From Acidobacteriota bacterium (GTDB taxonomy: Bacteria > Acidobacteriota > Thermoanaerobaculia > Multivoradales > J023): 64,000 nt of DNA. Shown here one piece after another: positions 1-9,255 of the stretch. The notes beneath the pieces are model-generated. The model was not told the origin of the DNA, searched no databases, and was given only the letters and a program-made list of their open reading frames with translations. Both the position numbers and the translations under genes were made by a program. Location of the stretch: the NCBI GenBank assembly GCA_029263395.1, contig JAJCXO010000162.1, forward strand, positions 8,798 to 72,797, in the 5' to 3' direction. Positions within the stretch are counted from its first letter, which is position 1. Each line of letters starts with the position of its first letter.

Positions 1-87
1 GAGGACAATCGCTTAGTAGGCATCCTCAGCGAACGCGACTTCATGCGACTGGCGGGGGAGCTATTACAAAAGTTCCTGACCGATTGA
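1..87 (+). CDS. C-terminal fragment of an upstream gene, possibly a CBS-domain protein (ends ...GILSERDFMRLAGELLQKFLTD*)
   Basis: Frame 1 is open from the window edge to a TGA at 85-87. The 'GILSERDFMR' motif resembles CBS domain C-termini. Only 28 codons are visible. Confidence 0.3.
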   Translation, partial: EDNRLVGILSERDFMRLAGELLQKFLTD

Positions 88-216
88 CCGGCAAGTTGCT
101 AGAACCCTACCTACTCGAACCGTAGCTGCTAGAGTCCCTGCTCGTACCGCGGCTGATCGTACCGTGCCCGTCCTTTCTGGCATAAGATACCGTTCAGCTT
201 ATAAGGAGACTCATTC

Positions 217-870
217 TTGAGATTAGTCATCGCGGACGACCACACGCTATTTCGCGACAGCCTGCGCAGCTTGTTGACCGCTCGGGACTTCGAGGTGGTC
301 GGCGAAGCCAGCACCGGGGTCGAAGCAGTTGACCAGGCCAAGCGTCTGCAACCTGACATCGTGTTGATGGACTTGGCGATGCCCGAAATGGACGGGCTGG
401 CCGCCACCCGACTGATCAGCGCCGAGTTGCCACAAGTCAAAGTGGTCATCTTGACCGCCTCGAGCGACGACGACGACCTTTTTGAAGCGATCAAGTCTGG
501 CGCTGAAGGTTACTTACTCAAAGATCTCGAAGCGGATCAATTTGTGGCCCTGCTGCAGGGTGCTGCCCGCGGCGAGCCAGCGTTGACGCCGCTGCTGGCA
601 CGCAAGCTGCTCACCGAGTTCGCCAAACCTCGCGCCACAGCCCCAACCGCCAAGGACCCGGATGCGCTGACCACACGCGAGATGGAAGTGCTCGAAACGA
701 TGGTGGAGGGCGTCACGTCCAACCGTGCGCTGGCCAAAAGGCTCGGCGTGAGCGAAAACACGGTCAAATTCCACGTCCGCAATATCCTGGACAAGCTGCA
801 TCTGCACAATCGGACCCAAGTCGTCAGCTATGCTCTGCGGCATGGCATCGTCGAGTCCAACCCAGAGTGA
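217..870 (+). CDS. NarL/FixJ-family two-component response regulator (REC domain + LuxR-type HTH)
   Basis: Translation shows a receiver domain (ADDH...DIVLMDLAMPEMDG...KVVILT) and a C-terminal LuxR HTH (LTTREMEVLETMVEGVTSNRALAKRLGVSENTVKFHVRNILDKL). It has a TTG start with an AAGGAG Shine-Dalgarno 7 nt upstream (203-208). No cognate histidine kinase is adjacent. Confidence 0.85.
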   Translation: MRLVIADDHTLFRDSLRSLLTARDFEVVGEASTGVEAVDQAKRLQPDIVLMDLAMPEMDGLAATRLISAELPQVKVVILTASSDDDDLFEAIKSGAEGYLLKDLEADQFVALLQGAARGEPALTPLLARKLLTEFAKPRATAPTAKDPDALTTREMEVLETMVEGVTSNRALAKRLGVSENTVKFHVRNILDKLHLHNRTQVVSYALRHGIVESNPE

Positions 871-918
871 GCACCCGAGGCGCGTTGACGCCTCGGAGCA
901 GGACCTATTATTCGCCCG

Positions 919-2865
919 ATGAGTTCCTTGCCTCATTGGCTGCGTCAGCCGTGGGCTCATTGGCGGCGCCAGCCGTGGATCGGCCCGGCGGTGGTGTTCG
1001 CGCTAAGTCTGGTGTTTTTTGGTGCTCTATTCCACCAATTCCCAGTCCTCTACGACACCGATTCTTATTACCACCTGGCAATCGCCCGCGCCTACCATCG
1101 CCACGGCATCATCGACAGCCTGCCCTGGGCCCAGCTCAGTCTGCTGCACGAGTTTGCCGACAAAGAGCTGCTGTTTCACCTGGCGCTGGCACCCACCGCG
1201 GACACCGCCGAACCGACCGCTGGCGGCCGCTGGATGCTCGCCGGCTTCAATGCACTGGTGGTGGCAGCCCTGGCTTTCCTCGGCCAGCAAGCCATCGGTC
1301 GCTGGGGTTTGTTGACCCCCCTGCTGCTCTACGCCGGTTCGCTCGACTTTGTGAGCCGCATGATCCGGCTCCGCCCGGAAATCCTGTCGCTTCTCCTGAT
1401 GCTGGTCGCAACCTGGTGTGCCGCCAACCGGCGTTATCGCTGGCTCGGGCTGGTTGCTGGCTTGTACACCCTGAGCTATACCGCATTTCAAGCATTGTTG
1501 GGGTTGTGCGGCGCGTGGTTCGCCCAACAGCTCTGGGGGCGCGGGCGACGGGAGTGGAGTCTGATCCTCTATCCGATTCTCGGCGTTGCCCTGGCACTCC
1601 TGCTACACCCCCATTTTCCGCATCATTTGGCGATCTGGAAAGTCCAGAATTTCGATTTCTTCACCGGCAAGAACCTGCTCAATGTCGGCGGCGAAATCAA
1701 CCCACAGAGCTCCCGCGACTTGTTGGTCGACAACCTGCCGTGGGCCCTGGGGTTGATCATCCTGTGGCGTGCCGCCACCCGACGGGCCGCACCACGGGAC
1801 GACCCGATGGCCGATTTCTTGGGGATCTCGGCGCTGATCTTCGGTCTGCTGTTCCTCGCCATGCAGCGGTTCTCGATCTACTTCATTCCTTTCACCACAC
1901 TGGCGGTGTTCTACGACCTGCGAAGGCGCGGAGCTACCCTCACTCCCTGGACACGATTGCCGTGGCGCGGACGCGCACCGTTGGCGCTTGGTCTAGCCTT
2001 GGTTTTGGCCCTCGGCATACCGCGCACCGCCGAGCTGCTGCAGAACCTCGCCAAGACCCGTGGCAACCTCAGTCGTGAAAACGAGTGGAATGCCTTCGGT
2101 CGTGCCTTGCCCCCAGGAGCACGGGTAGCGACGGAATGGGGCAGCACCCATCTCTACATGTTCTGGGCCCCGCAGGCCACCTTTCTCAATGTCCTCGATC
2201 CGATCTTCATGGCGATCCCCTATCCGCAAGCGTACGCCGCGTTGCGCGCCATCTTCGAAGGCCGAGAGCCCGACATTCCGATGACCCTGGCCAGCGAGTT
2301 GGGCAGCGAGTACATCGCGCTCTCGACCTATCACCAGAACGTCCGCCTGCGCGAACGGTTGGCCGCCGATCCTCGGCTGAGTAGCGTTCACCAAGCCCAC
2401 ACCTCGTTGTACCAGGTGACACCGGACGCCAACACGCACTTTGTCCTCGACTGGCGAATCATCCCAGCCGGTAGCCGTCTTCCCCTCGCTGATGAGGATG
2501 CAACCGTCGACCTGCTACCCTATCCACGATTCGCGGATCAGAAGTTGCGAGCCATCGAAGGTTATGTGGATGGCCGGCGGATATCGGAGCACAGCGGCAC
2601 AGCCAATGGCGGGTGCATCGGCCTGGTCCATCAGCTGCCGGCAACCGACGCCGAGACCTCTTTGGTTTACGAATTGGCACCCTACGGCCCGACTCGGATC
2701 TGGCTCGACCAGGACCCACTGGTCGCCATCGATCAGCCGAGCGCTGCCGTCCTCGGCCAGGGCGTAACCTTCCCAGTCCACCTCGATCCCGGCGCGCACC
2801 GCCTGACCGTGCTCACTTGTCCGGGGGCCGAGCAACGGACCGGGTTTTTCCTACGACGGCGTTGA
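919..2865 (+). CDS. Polytopic membrane protein, GT-C-fold glycosyltransferase-like (possibly STT3/AglB- or PMT-like)
   Basis: 648 aa with many predicted TM helices in the N-terminal two thirds. An early 'DTDSYYH' acidic motif sits in the first extracytoplasmic loop, followed by a large soluble C-terminal domain. The family assignment is by architecture only. Confidence 0.5.
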   Translation: MSSLPHWLRQPWAHWRRQPWIGPAVVFALSLVFFGALFHQFPVLYDTDSYYHLAIARAYHRHGIIDSLPWAQLSLLHEFADKELLFHLALAPTADTAEPTAGGRWMLAGFNALVVAALAFLGQQAIGRWGLLTPLLLYAGSLDFVSRMIRLRPEILSLLLMLVATWCAANRRYRWLGLVAGLYTLSYTAFQALLGLCGAWFAQQLWGRGRREWSLILYPILGVALALLLHPHFPHHLAIWKVQNFDFFTGKNLLNVGGEINPQSSRDLLVDNLPWALGLIILWRAATRRAAPRDDPMADFLGISALIFGLLFLAMQRFSIYFIPFTTLAVFYDLRRRGATLTPWTRLPWRGRAPLALGLALVLALGIPRTAELLQNLAKTRGNLSRENEWNAFGRALPPGARVATEWGSTHLYMFWAPQATFLNVLDPIFMAIPYPQAYAALRAIFEGREPDIPMTLASELGSEYIALSTYHQNVRLRERLAADPRLSSVHQAHTSLYQVTPDANTHFVLDWRIIPAGSRLPLADEDATVDLLPYPRFADQKLRAIEGYVDGRRISEHSGTANGGCIGLVHQLPATDAETSLVYELAPYGPTRIWLDQDPLVAIDQPSAAVLGQGVTFPVHLDPGAHRLTVLTCPGAEQRTGFFLRRR

Positions 2866-2868
2866 CCG

Positions 2869-3678
2869 CTACCAGGAAACACCAACGGGTTGACGACCCA
2901 AGCCGGCCAGCGAAGGTTGAGATCGTACCGTATCGAGAAACTCCTCTGCCAACAGCTGATAAGCCTTGGCACCGGTAGCCTGTGGCTTGTATTCGAACAC
3001 GGTCTGACCGTAAGCCGGCGCCTCGGCCAGGCTGACATTGGTCCGCACTTCGACCACAAACACTTTGGTACCGAAGCGACGGCGGATGTCGGCGATCACA
3101 TCCCGGGTCGCTCGCAGGCGATAATCCGCCATCGTCACCAAGATGCCGAGCAGCCCGGTCTGACGGCCGGCGCTGAGTGCCACCCGACTGGCGGTCTGGA
3201 CCAGGTGCTCGAGACCATCCACCGCCAGGAATTGTGGCGTCGCTGGCACCAGGAAGGCATCCGCCGCAGTGATGGCGTTGCGGGTCAGGAGGCCAATCGA
3301 AGACGGGCAGTCAAGGAAAATCTGATCATAACCACGCCGGATCGACTCCAGATGCGGCGCCAGTACGATGTCTTTGCGGGGCCGCTTGTCGAGTTCCGCC
3401 TCGGCACCACGCAAATCCACCGACGCGGTCATCAGATGCAAATTCTCGACCCCGGTTTCCCGCACCAGAGAAGTGGCCGACGTACCGCGCAAAAGCAAAT
3501 CGGCCGAACTCGGGCCAAGCTCGGCCTTGCCGACGCCCAAGGACATCGACGCGCCAGCGTTGGGATCGAGATCAATCAATAACACGCGCTGGCCACGGCG
3601 GGCCAACGCAGCTGACAGATTGACTGAGGTTGTGGTCTTGCCGACCCCACCCTTTTTGCTGATGACGGCGGTAATCAT
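2869..3678 (-). CDS. ParA/MinD/Soj-family P-loop ATPase
   Basis: Deviant Walker A 'KGGVGKTT' at the N-terminus. Other motifs typical of ParA/Soj are also visible (LLIDLDPNAG, DQIFLDCPSSIG). Confidence 0.85.
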   Translation of the reverse strand: MITAVISKKGGVGKTTTSVNLSAALARRGQRVLLIDLDPNAGASMSLGVGKAELGPSSADLLLRGTSATSLVRETGVENLHLMTASVDLRGAEAELDKRPRKDIVLAPHLESIRRGYDQIFLDCPSSIGLLTRNAITAADAFLVPATPQFLAVDGLEHLVQTASRVALSAGRQTGLLGILVTMADYRLRATRDVIADIRRRFGTKVFVVEVRTNVSLAEAPAYGQTVFEYKPQATGAKAYQLLAEEFLDTVRSQPSLAGLGRQPVGVSW

Positions 3679-3778
3679 GCTCCGCGGCTGGCCAGGTTAC
3701 AGGCAGTCAGAATCGGGCGGTCAAAATCGAAGCGGCATAGCCACGCCGAGGATAGCTTATCGCGAATCTGGAATTGCT

Positions 3779-5008
3779 TCAGCTCGGCGGGTAAGTCACG
3801 ACGACCACGGTGCGGTCGTCGTTCGCCTTATCTCCACCGCTCCACTCCTCGACTCGGTCGAAGATCGCCGCCACCACCTCTTTTGCGCTGCGCCCTTGAT
3901 TGGCTCGTGCCACTTCCAGCAACCGCTCGACGCCAAACTCCGACTGGTCGAGGAACGACGCCCCAGCCTCCGGAGTTTCGGTGATGCCGTCGGTGTAGAC
4001 CACCAACATATCACCGGGCCTGATCTGACAATAACCCCGGTCGTAGGTGGTGTCGGGTAGTGGGCCAAGTACCGCACCACCCTCCGTGAGGTAGCTCACC
4101 TTGCCATCCGCGGCCAGTTTGAACGGCGGCGGATGCCCGGCATTGATGTAGATCAGCACACCGTTGCGCTCGAGTTCACCGTAGAACATCGACACAAACC
4201 GACTGGTGAGGGTGCTACCGTGGATGATGCTGTTCAGTCGCTGCAACGTCCGTACGATCTTGTAATCCCGCGACAGGCCCATACGCAAACCCACGTAGAT
4301 GTCACGCACCTGCAGCGCGGCCGGCAACCCGTGGCCGGAAGCATCGGCAATCGCCAAGCCGAGGATTTTGTCGCTGATCGGGATGTAGTCGTAGAGATCG
4401 CCACCGACGCTCTCCAGGGAGTCGCTGCGCCCAGCGATATCAAAATTCTCTAGCTTGGGAGACTCCCGCGGCAGAATCGACAGCTGAATCTGCCGGGCTT
4501 GGCGAAACATCTCGTCGACATGTTCCCGGTGGATACGCTGGTTGATGCTGTGACGCACCGCGCCGAGGGAGAACAACACATCGTCACGGTCGCTACCGGG
4601 CTCGACGTCGAAACCCAAAATGTAACGTTCATTGCCAACTTCCACCGCGGCAAACTCTTTCACCCCCAACGCCGCCTCGAGCTCACGGTCGACCCTTGGG
4701 TCATCCGCGGTCATATAAACCGAGCCGCGCATCAAACATAGCTCGATCGGCGCATAAGTCCGTGGGATGCGGATTTCGCGCCTCACTTCCCGGGCGTCTG
4801 GAAACGTCGCCCGCAGTAAGTAATCATCACCCTCACGTTCGTACAGCCGCCCGCCCCAGATGCCCAGCTCGCTGCGCAACCGAGTGATGATCTGATCCGC
4901 CGCCAGATGGACGGTAACCGTCTCTTCGTCACCACGACCGATCTCATCCACGATCTCCTGCACTCGATGCATGAGTGCCCGGTGATCCACATCAGGTTTG
5001 CTTGTCAC
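3779..5008 (-). CDS. GAF-domain + PP2C (SpoIIE/RsbU-type) protein serine phosphatase
   Basis: The C-terminal half carries PP2C motifs (GGDLYDY...LAIADASGHGLPAAL...VVYTDGITE...DDRTVVVV). The N-terminal ~180 aa is GAF-like. Confidence 0.8.
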   Translation of the reverse strand: MTSKPDVDHRALMHRVQEIVDEIGRGDEETVTVHLAADQIITRLRSELGIWGGRLYEREGDDYLLRATFPDAREVRREIRIPRTYAPIELCLMRGSVYMTADDPRVDRELEAALGVKEFAAVEVGNERYILGFDVEPGSDRDDVLFSLGAVRHSINQRIHREHVDEMFRQARQIQLSILPRESPKLENFDIAGRSDSLESVGGDLYDYIPISDKILGLAIADASGHGLPAALQVRDIYVGLRMGLSRDYKIVRTLQRLNSIIHGSTLTSRFVSMFYGELERNGVLIYINAGHPPPFKLAADGKVSYLTEGGAVLGPLPDTTYDRGYCQIRPGDMLVVYTDGITETPEAGASFLDQSEFGVERLLEVARANQGRSAKEVVAAIFDRVEEWSGGDKANDDRTVVVVTYPPS

Positions 5009-5101
5009 AACGGTCTCCGTAAAAGGCTCACTCGAGAAATGAGTGAGCCTTGAGATCCTATCCGATCCAGCACACGGTGCGGGGTCAACGTCTGGACCTT
5101 C

Positions 5102-5156
5102 CCCTGACGAGACCTCCTACCCTGACGAGACCTCCCATCCCGACGAGACCGGTGCT
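5102..5156. repeat. Imperfect 18-bp tandem direct repeat x3 (CCCTGACGAGACCTCCYA)
   Basis: Seen directly in the divergent intergenic region between the phosphatase (start 5008) and the cytochrome c gene (5343). Confidence 0.6.
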
Positions 5157-5342
5157 CCATCGGAGCTCGCCACAACCTCGAGGAAACTACCTCGAAGGGT
5201 AGGACGCGGGCAGAAAACCACCCACCTCCCACAGTCCAACACCCACCCGTAGGCCCGGCGACATCCAACACCGGCTTGCATAGCCTGATGCCATAGATAG
5301 TAGCCTCAGATTGATTGCCTCCTCGCCCCTAGGAGATCCACT

Positions 5343-5792
5343 ATGCAGCACAAACCTTCACCGCGTCACGTTATCGTCCTGCCGCTGCTCTTGGCACTAG
5401 CCTGGCCGGTCACCACCTCTGCACAGTCCGAAACCCAACCCGAGGTGCCCTCTTCAGATGCTGCTTCGACAGTGATGGGCAAACAAAGCTTCCGCTCCTA
5501 TTGCGCCAGCTGCCACGGCACCGAAGCTCGCGGCGACGGCTCCATCGCCGAGCACCTCAAAGTGCCACCAGCCGACCTCACCCGCATCAGCCAACGCAAC
5601 GATGGTGAGTTCCCATTCGACAAAGTTTTTCAAACGATCGACGGTCGCTTGCCAGCACGAGGCCACGGCAACCGGGACATGCCGGTGTGGGGTGATGCCT
5701 TCAAAATGACCCGCGATAATCCAGACGAGGCCGCGGTGAAAGACACCATCACCGCTCTCGTGAACTTCCTACAATCGATCCAAGAGGACTGA
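5343..5792 (+). CDS. Secreted class-I c-type cytochrome
   Basis: Signal peptide (LPLLLALAWPVTTSAQS). A single CxxCH haem-binding motif (CASCHG). A downstream Met ligand candidate (DMPVWG). Confidence 0.8.
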   Translation: MQHKPSPRHVIVLPLLLALAWPVTTSAQSETQPEVPSSDAASTVMGKQSFRSYCASCHGTEARGDGSIAEHLKVPPADLTRISQRNDGEFPFDKVFQTIDGRLPARGHGNRDMPVWGDAFKMTRDNPDEAAVKDTITALVNFLQSIQED

Positions 5793-5926
5793 CACCGCTG
5801 CTTGATTGAGGCTCAGCACAAGCGCCCTGGACAAGGCTCGGATGCTGCGATGTGCCCAGTGTTGCCAAGTATAGGGGCAGACCCTATACTTTCGACAACA
5901 CTCGTCACGCACCATGCGAGGCACCC

Positions 5927-6298
5927 ATGCCCCCGAGCGCATCACCCCACCACATCGCCGACGCCCTGCCTCTCACCCACGTTGCTTACCATGTTCTGGT
6001 GGCGTTGGCGACGAAGAATCGGCATGGCTACAGCATCATCAAACATGTTGCAGAATGCACCGATGGCCGAGTCGAGCTAGAAGCCGGCACCTTGTACGCC
6101 GCGATCAAGCGGATGCGGGACGAGGGCTGGATCGAAGAGGCGACGCCGCTGCCTGGGACGGATTCTAGGCGCCGCACCTACAGCCTCACCGAATGGGGAC
6201 GCAAGGTTCTAAGGGCCGAGTCTCGGCGACTCGAATCCATGGTCGAGCTGGCTAGACAAGCGCGGGTGCTGCCGACTAGAAAACGAGTCAAAGCATGA
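5927..6298 (+). CDS. PadR-family transcriptional regulator
   Basis: Winged-HTH PadR signature (YHVLVALATKNRHGYSIIKHV...GTLYAAIKRMRDEGWIE...RRRTYSLTEWG). The ORF track starts at 5852, but the in-frame ATG at 5927 gives the typical ~120-aa size. The stop overlaps the start of the next gene (ATGA). Confidence 0.8.
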   Translation: MPPSASPHHIADALPLTHVAYHVLVALATKNRHGYSIIKHVAECTDGRVELEAGTLYAAIKRMRDEGWIEEATPLPGTDSRRRTYSLTEWGRKVLRAESRRLESMVELARQARVLPTRKRVKA

Positions 6299-9066
6299 GG
6301 CTGCTCCGTTGGCTGCTGTGGCTCTTGCCCGCCGACTTTCGTCGCGAGTATAGAGACGAGCTGTTGAGCACGGTGAACGCTCGGTGGCGAGCGATGATGC
6401 GAGAGCAGCGTCTGCAACAACGCCTCGGCCAGGTACGGCATCTCAGCCTGGCCAGGCGCCTCCGGTTTTGGGTGCGGCAGTGGCTCGCGGTGGTCCGTAT
6501 AGCTGTGAACTTGCGACGGGGTAGCGGCATCTTGGGCGGCGCCGATCGACACCAGCGGCGACGCGGGTCGCTTGTCGACGGCGCCTGGAAGGATGCACAA
6601 CACGTCGTACGGGCTCTCAGGACTCGCCCGGGATTCACCCTGGTGGCCGTCCTCACCCTAGGATTGGGCATCGGTGCCACTACCGCCATGTTCAGCGCCG
6701 TCCACTCAGTGCTGCTGCGGCCCCTTCCCTACCAGGATGCCGACCACATCGTTGTCGTTCGGCAAGTCGACAACCGCGACGGTACGCTCGAAGAGGGCGT
6801 CTCGGCGGCCAACCTGCACGACGTGGCGGCCACTGCCCACTCCTTGTCCCAGGCCTCGGTCGCCGCCGCCCACGGCCTCCGCCTGATGGAGGACGGCAGA
6901 GCGTTCAGCCTGCGCAGCTGGTTGGTGTCGGAAGGCTTCTTCGAAGCCCTCGGCACCCAGGCCCTGATCGGCCGGACCTTCCAGGCCGAAGAGCTCACCC
7001 CCGGGGGTGAACACGTTGTCCTGCTGAGCCACGCCACCTGGCAAAGTCGCTTCGGCGCCGACACTGGAATTGTCGGTCGTGAGCTGATCTTGGATGGGGC
7101 TGCCTACCAGGTGATCGGAGTGCTGCCAGCCGACTTCGAGTATCCCTCCGCCGCCGACATCTGGGCACCTCGACCCGTCCAACCCTCGGACGAACCAAGG
7201 CGGGGCGCCGCCAACCTGGACGGCGTCGCACGACTCGCTCCAGGCATCACCGCCGCGCAAGCCCAGACCGAGCTCAATCATCTCGCTACCGAACTGGCCG
7301 CGGCCTACCCGATCGCCAATGCCGACCTGGGGTTTCAAGTCACCCCGCTCAGGCAACACCTCTTGGGTGACGTCGAGTTACCACTGATCCTTCTGCTGGG
7401 TGCTGTCGGACTGGTGCTGTTGATCGCCGCCGCCAACGTCGCTGGCCTACAACTGGCACGGGGAGCTGGACGCTCCCGAGAATTTGCCTTGCGGGGAGCC
7501 CTCGGCGCCAGCTCCCGCAACATCTTACGCCTGGTCTGCGTCGAAAGCCTGCTCTTGGCCGCAGCCGGCGGCCTGTTGGGACTCGGCATCACCTACTTGG
7601 GAGTTGATCTCATCCGACTGCTGGGACCAGATCATGTTCCACGCCTCGACGAGCTCCGGATCGACAGCACGGTACTCACGTTTGCCCTGCTCGCCGCGAC
7701 CGGTAGCGCTCTCCTGGCCGGTATTGCCCCGGCCTTGCAAGCCTCGAGAGATCTGCAAGCAGCGCTGACGGAAGGTGCCCGCGGCTCCACCGGCGGACCG
7801 CGTACCCTCCGCCTCAGAGATCGCCTGGTAATGGCGGAAATCGCCGTCGCCCTGGTACTCGCCATCGGCGCCGGACTCCTGGTACGGAGCTTCGATCGAC
7901 TCTTGGACAACAATCTCGGCTTCGAGCCGCAGGGCCGGCTGGCAGTCCAGGTCTGGGCCTATGACGACAACCATCAGCCCCAACTGGACTTCTTCCAGCG
8001 CAGCCGGGAAGCCATTGGCACCTTGCCAGGGGTTGAGGCTGTAGGACTCACCACCAACCTTCCGCTGGCCGATGACCAGTCGATCCTGGCTCGAAGTCGC
8101 ACCGTGCGGTTTGGGCTCGCAGGTGTCACCGCAGCATCCGACGGTGACCAACCCATCGCTGGCTGGTCAGCAATCGACGATGGTTACTCGGAGGCCATGG
8201 GTATCCCACTGCAAGCCGGCCGCACATTCTCTCCCCGAGACGATCCCCAGTCGTCGCCCGTCGCAATGGTCAACGAAGCCTTCGTGCGGCGCTACTTCCC
8301 GAACCAGGACCCACTCGGCCAGCAGCTGCTCTTCGGCACCCAGGCCGACAGCTCGCGGGAGATCGTCGGTATCCTGGGTGACGTTCGCCGACGCGGATTC
8401 GACTCAGAATCGCGAGCAGAAATCTACCTGCCGCTATCTCAGGCTCCGTCCGCTGGCCTCACATTTGTCATTAAGACTGCATCCTTCGAGACGGCCTCCC
8501 TCGAGACGGGCCCCGTTGGTCCAGGCCTCGGAAAGACAGCCTCGATCACGACCACCGGTGACCCTACGGCCTTGATCCACGCCGTTCAGAAGACACTGCG
8601 CGCCGTCGACCCGAGTCAGGCGATCTGGGCAATTCGGCCGATGACCAACTTGATGTGGGATTGGACCCGCCAGCGACGTTTCAATACGGCTCTGTTAGCG
8701 GCATTCGCAGTCCTCGCACTGTCGCTGGCCAGTATCGGCGTTTACGGCCTGATGTCGTTCTCGGTCGAACAACGGGTGAATGAGCTGGGGATCCGCCGGG
8801 CATTGGGCGGCAACACCCGCGACATTCTGACTATGATCCTGCGGCGAGGGTTGAAGCTTGTCCTGACCGGCGTCAGCCTCGGACTGTTGGGATCCCTGGC
8901 TCTGACTCGTCTAATGCAGAGCCTGTTGTATGGCATCGAACCGTTCGATCCCCTCACCTTCGGGATGTTGGCGGCGTTGGTCATCGTTGTCGCCGTGCTG
9001 GCAGCCTACCTGCCGGCACGGCGTGCGACGCGAGTTGACCCGATGGTGGTCCTGCGGTCTGACTAA
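6295..9066 (+). CDS. ADOP-family (FtsX/MacB-like) ABC transporter permease
   Basis: 923 aa. The N-terminal 'LPADFRREYRDELL' motif is typical of acidobacterial duplicated orphan permeases. There are two FtsX-like 4-TM modules separated by large periplasmic domains. It is translationally coupled to PadR, which is the classic pairing. Confidence 0.8.
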   Translation: MRLLRWLLWLLPADFRREYRDELLSTVNARWRAMMREQRLQQRLGQVRHLSLARRLRFWVRQWLAVVRIAVNLRRGSGILGGADRHQRRRGSLVDGAWKDAQHVVRALRTRPGFTLVAVLTLGLGIGATTAMFSAVHSVLLRPLPYQDADHIVVVRQVDNRDGTLEEGVSAANLHDVAATAHSLSQASVAAAHGLRLMEDGRAFSLRSWLVSEGFFEALGTQALIGRTFQAEELTPGGEHVVLLSHATWQSRFGADTGIVGRELILDGAAYQVIGVLPADFEYPSAADIWAPRPVQPSDEPRRGAANLDGVARLAPGITAAQAQTELNHLATELAAAYPIANADLGFQVTPLRQHLLGDVELPLILLLGAVGLVLLIAAANVAGLQLARGAGRSREFALRGALGASSRNILRLVCVESLLLAAAGGLLGLGITYLGVDLIRLLGPDHVPRLDELRIDSTVLTFALLAATGSALLAGIAPALQASRDLQAALTEGARGSTGGPRTLRLRDRLVMAEIAVALVLAIGAGLLVRSFDRLLDNNLGFEPQGRLAVQVWAYDDNHQPQLDFFQRSREAIGTLPGVEAVGLTTNLPLADDQSILARSRTVRFGLAGVTAASDGDQPIAGWSAIDDGYSEAMGIPLQAGRTFSPRDDPQSSPVAMVNEAFVRRYFPNQDPLGQQLLFGTQADSSREIVGILGDVRRRGFDSESRAEIYLPLSQAPSAGLTFVIKTASFETASLETGPVGPGLGKTASITTTGDPTALIHAVQKTLRAVDPSQAIWAIRPMTNLMWDWTRQRRFNTALLAAFAVLALSLASIGVYGLMSFSVEQRVNELGIRRALGGNTRDILTMILRRGLKLVLTGVSLGLLGSLALTRLMQSLLYGIEPFDPLTFGMLAALVIVVAVLAAYLPARRATRVDPMVVLRSD

Positions 9067-9255
9067 ATCCAAGCCACAGGGAACGTTCTCAGGGTTCGAT
9101 GCGGTGGGAACACCGACATGCATTCGCGGTGCCCCCGACACGCTCGAGGGCACAGGACGGACCGGCCAGAGGCTCCTGCTCGAGTTGCGAACACGAACTC
9201 GAGACGGCTGCTCCTATCACCAGGATTGCACTCATCAGTGCGAGTCGAAGACGTC

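Noticed and set aside
867-2078. 403-aa ORF overlapping the GT-C membrane protein gene in another frame
   Set aside because: The translation is Arg/Pro/Ala-rich and low-complexity, which is typical of an out-of-frame reading of a high-GC gene. The overlapping 648-aa frame has a coherent TM architecture.
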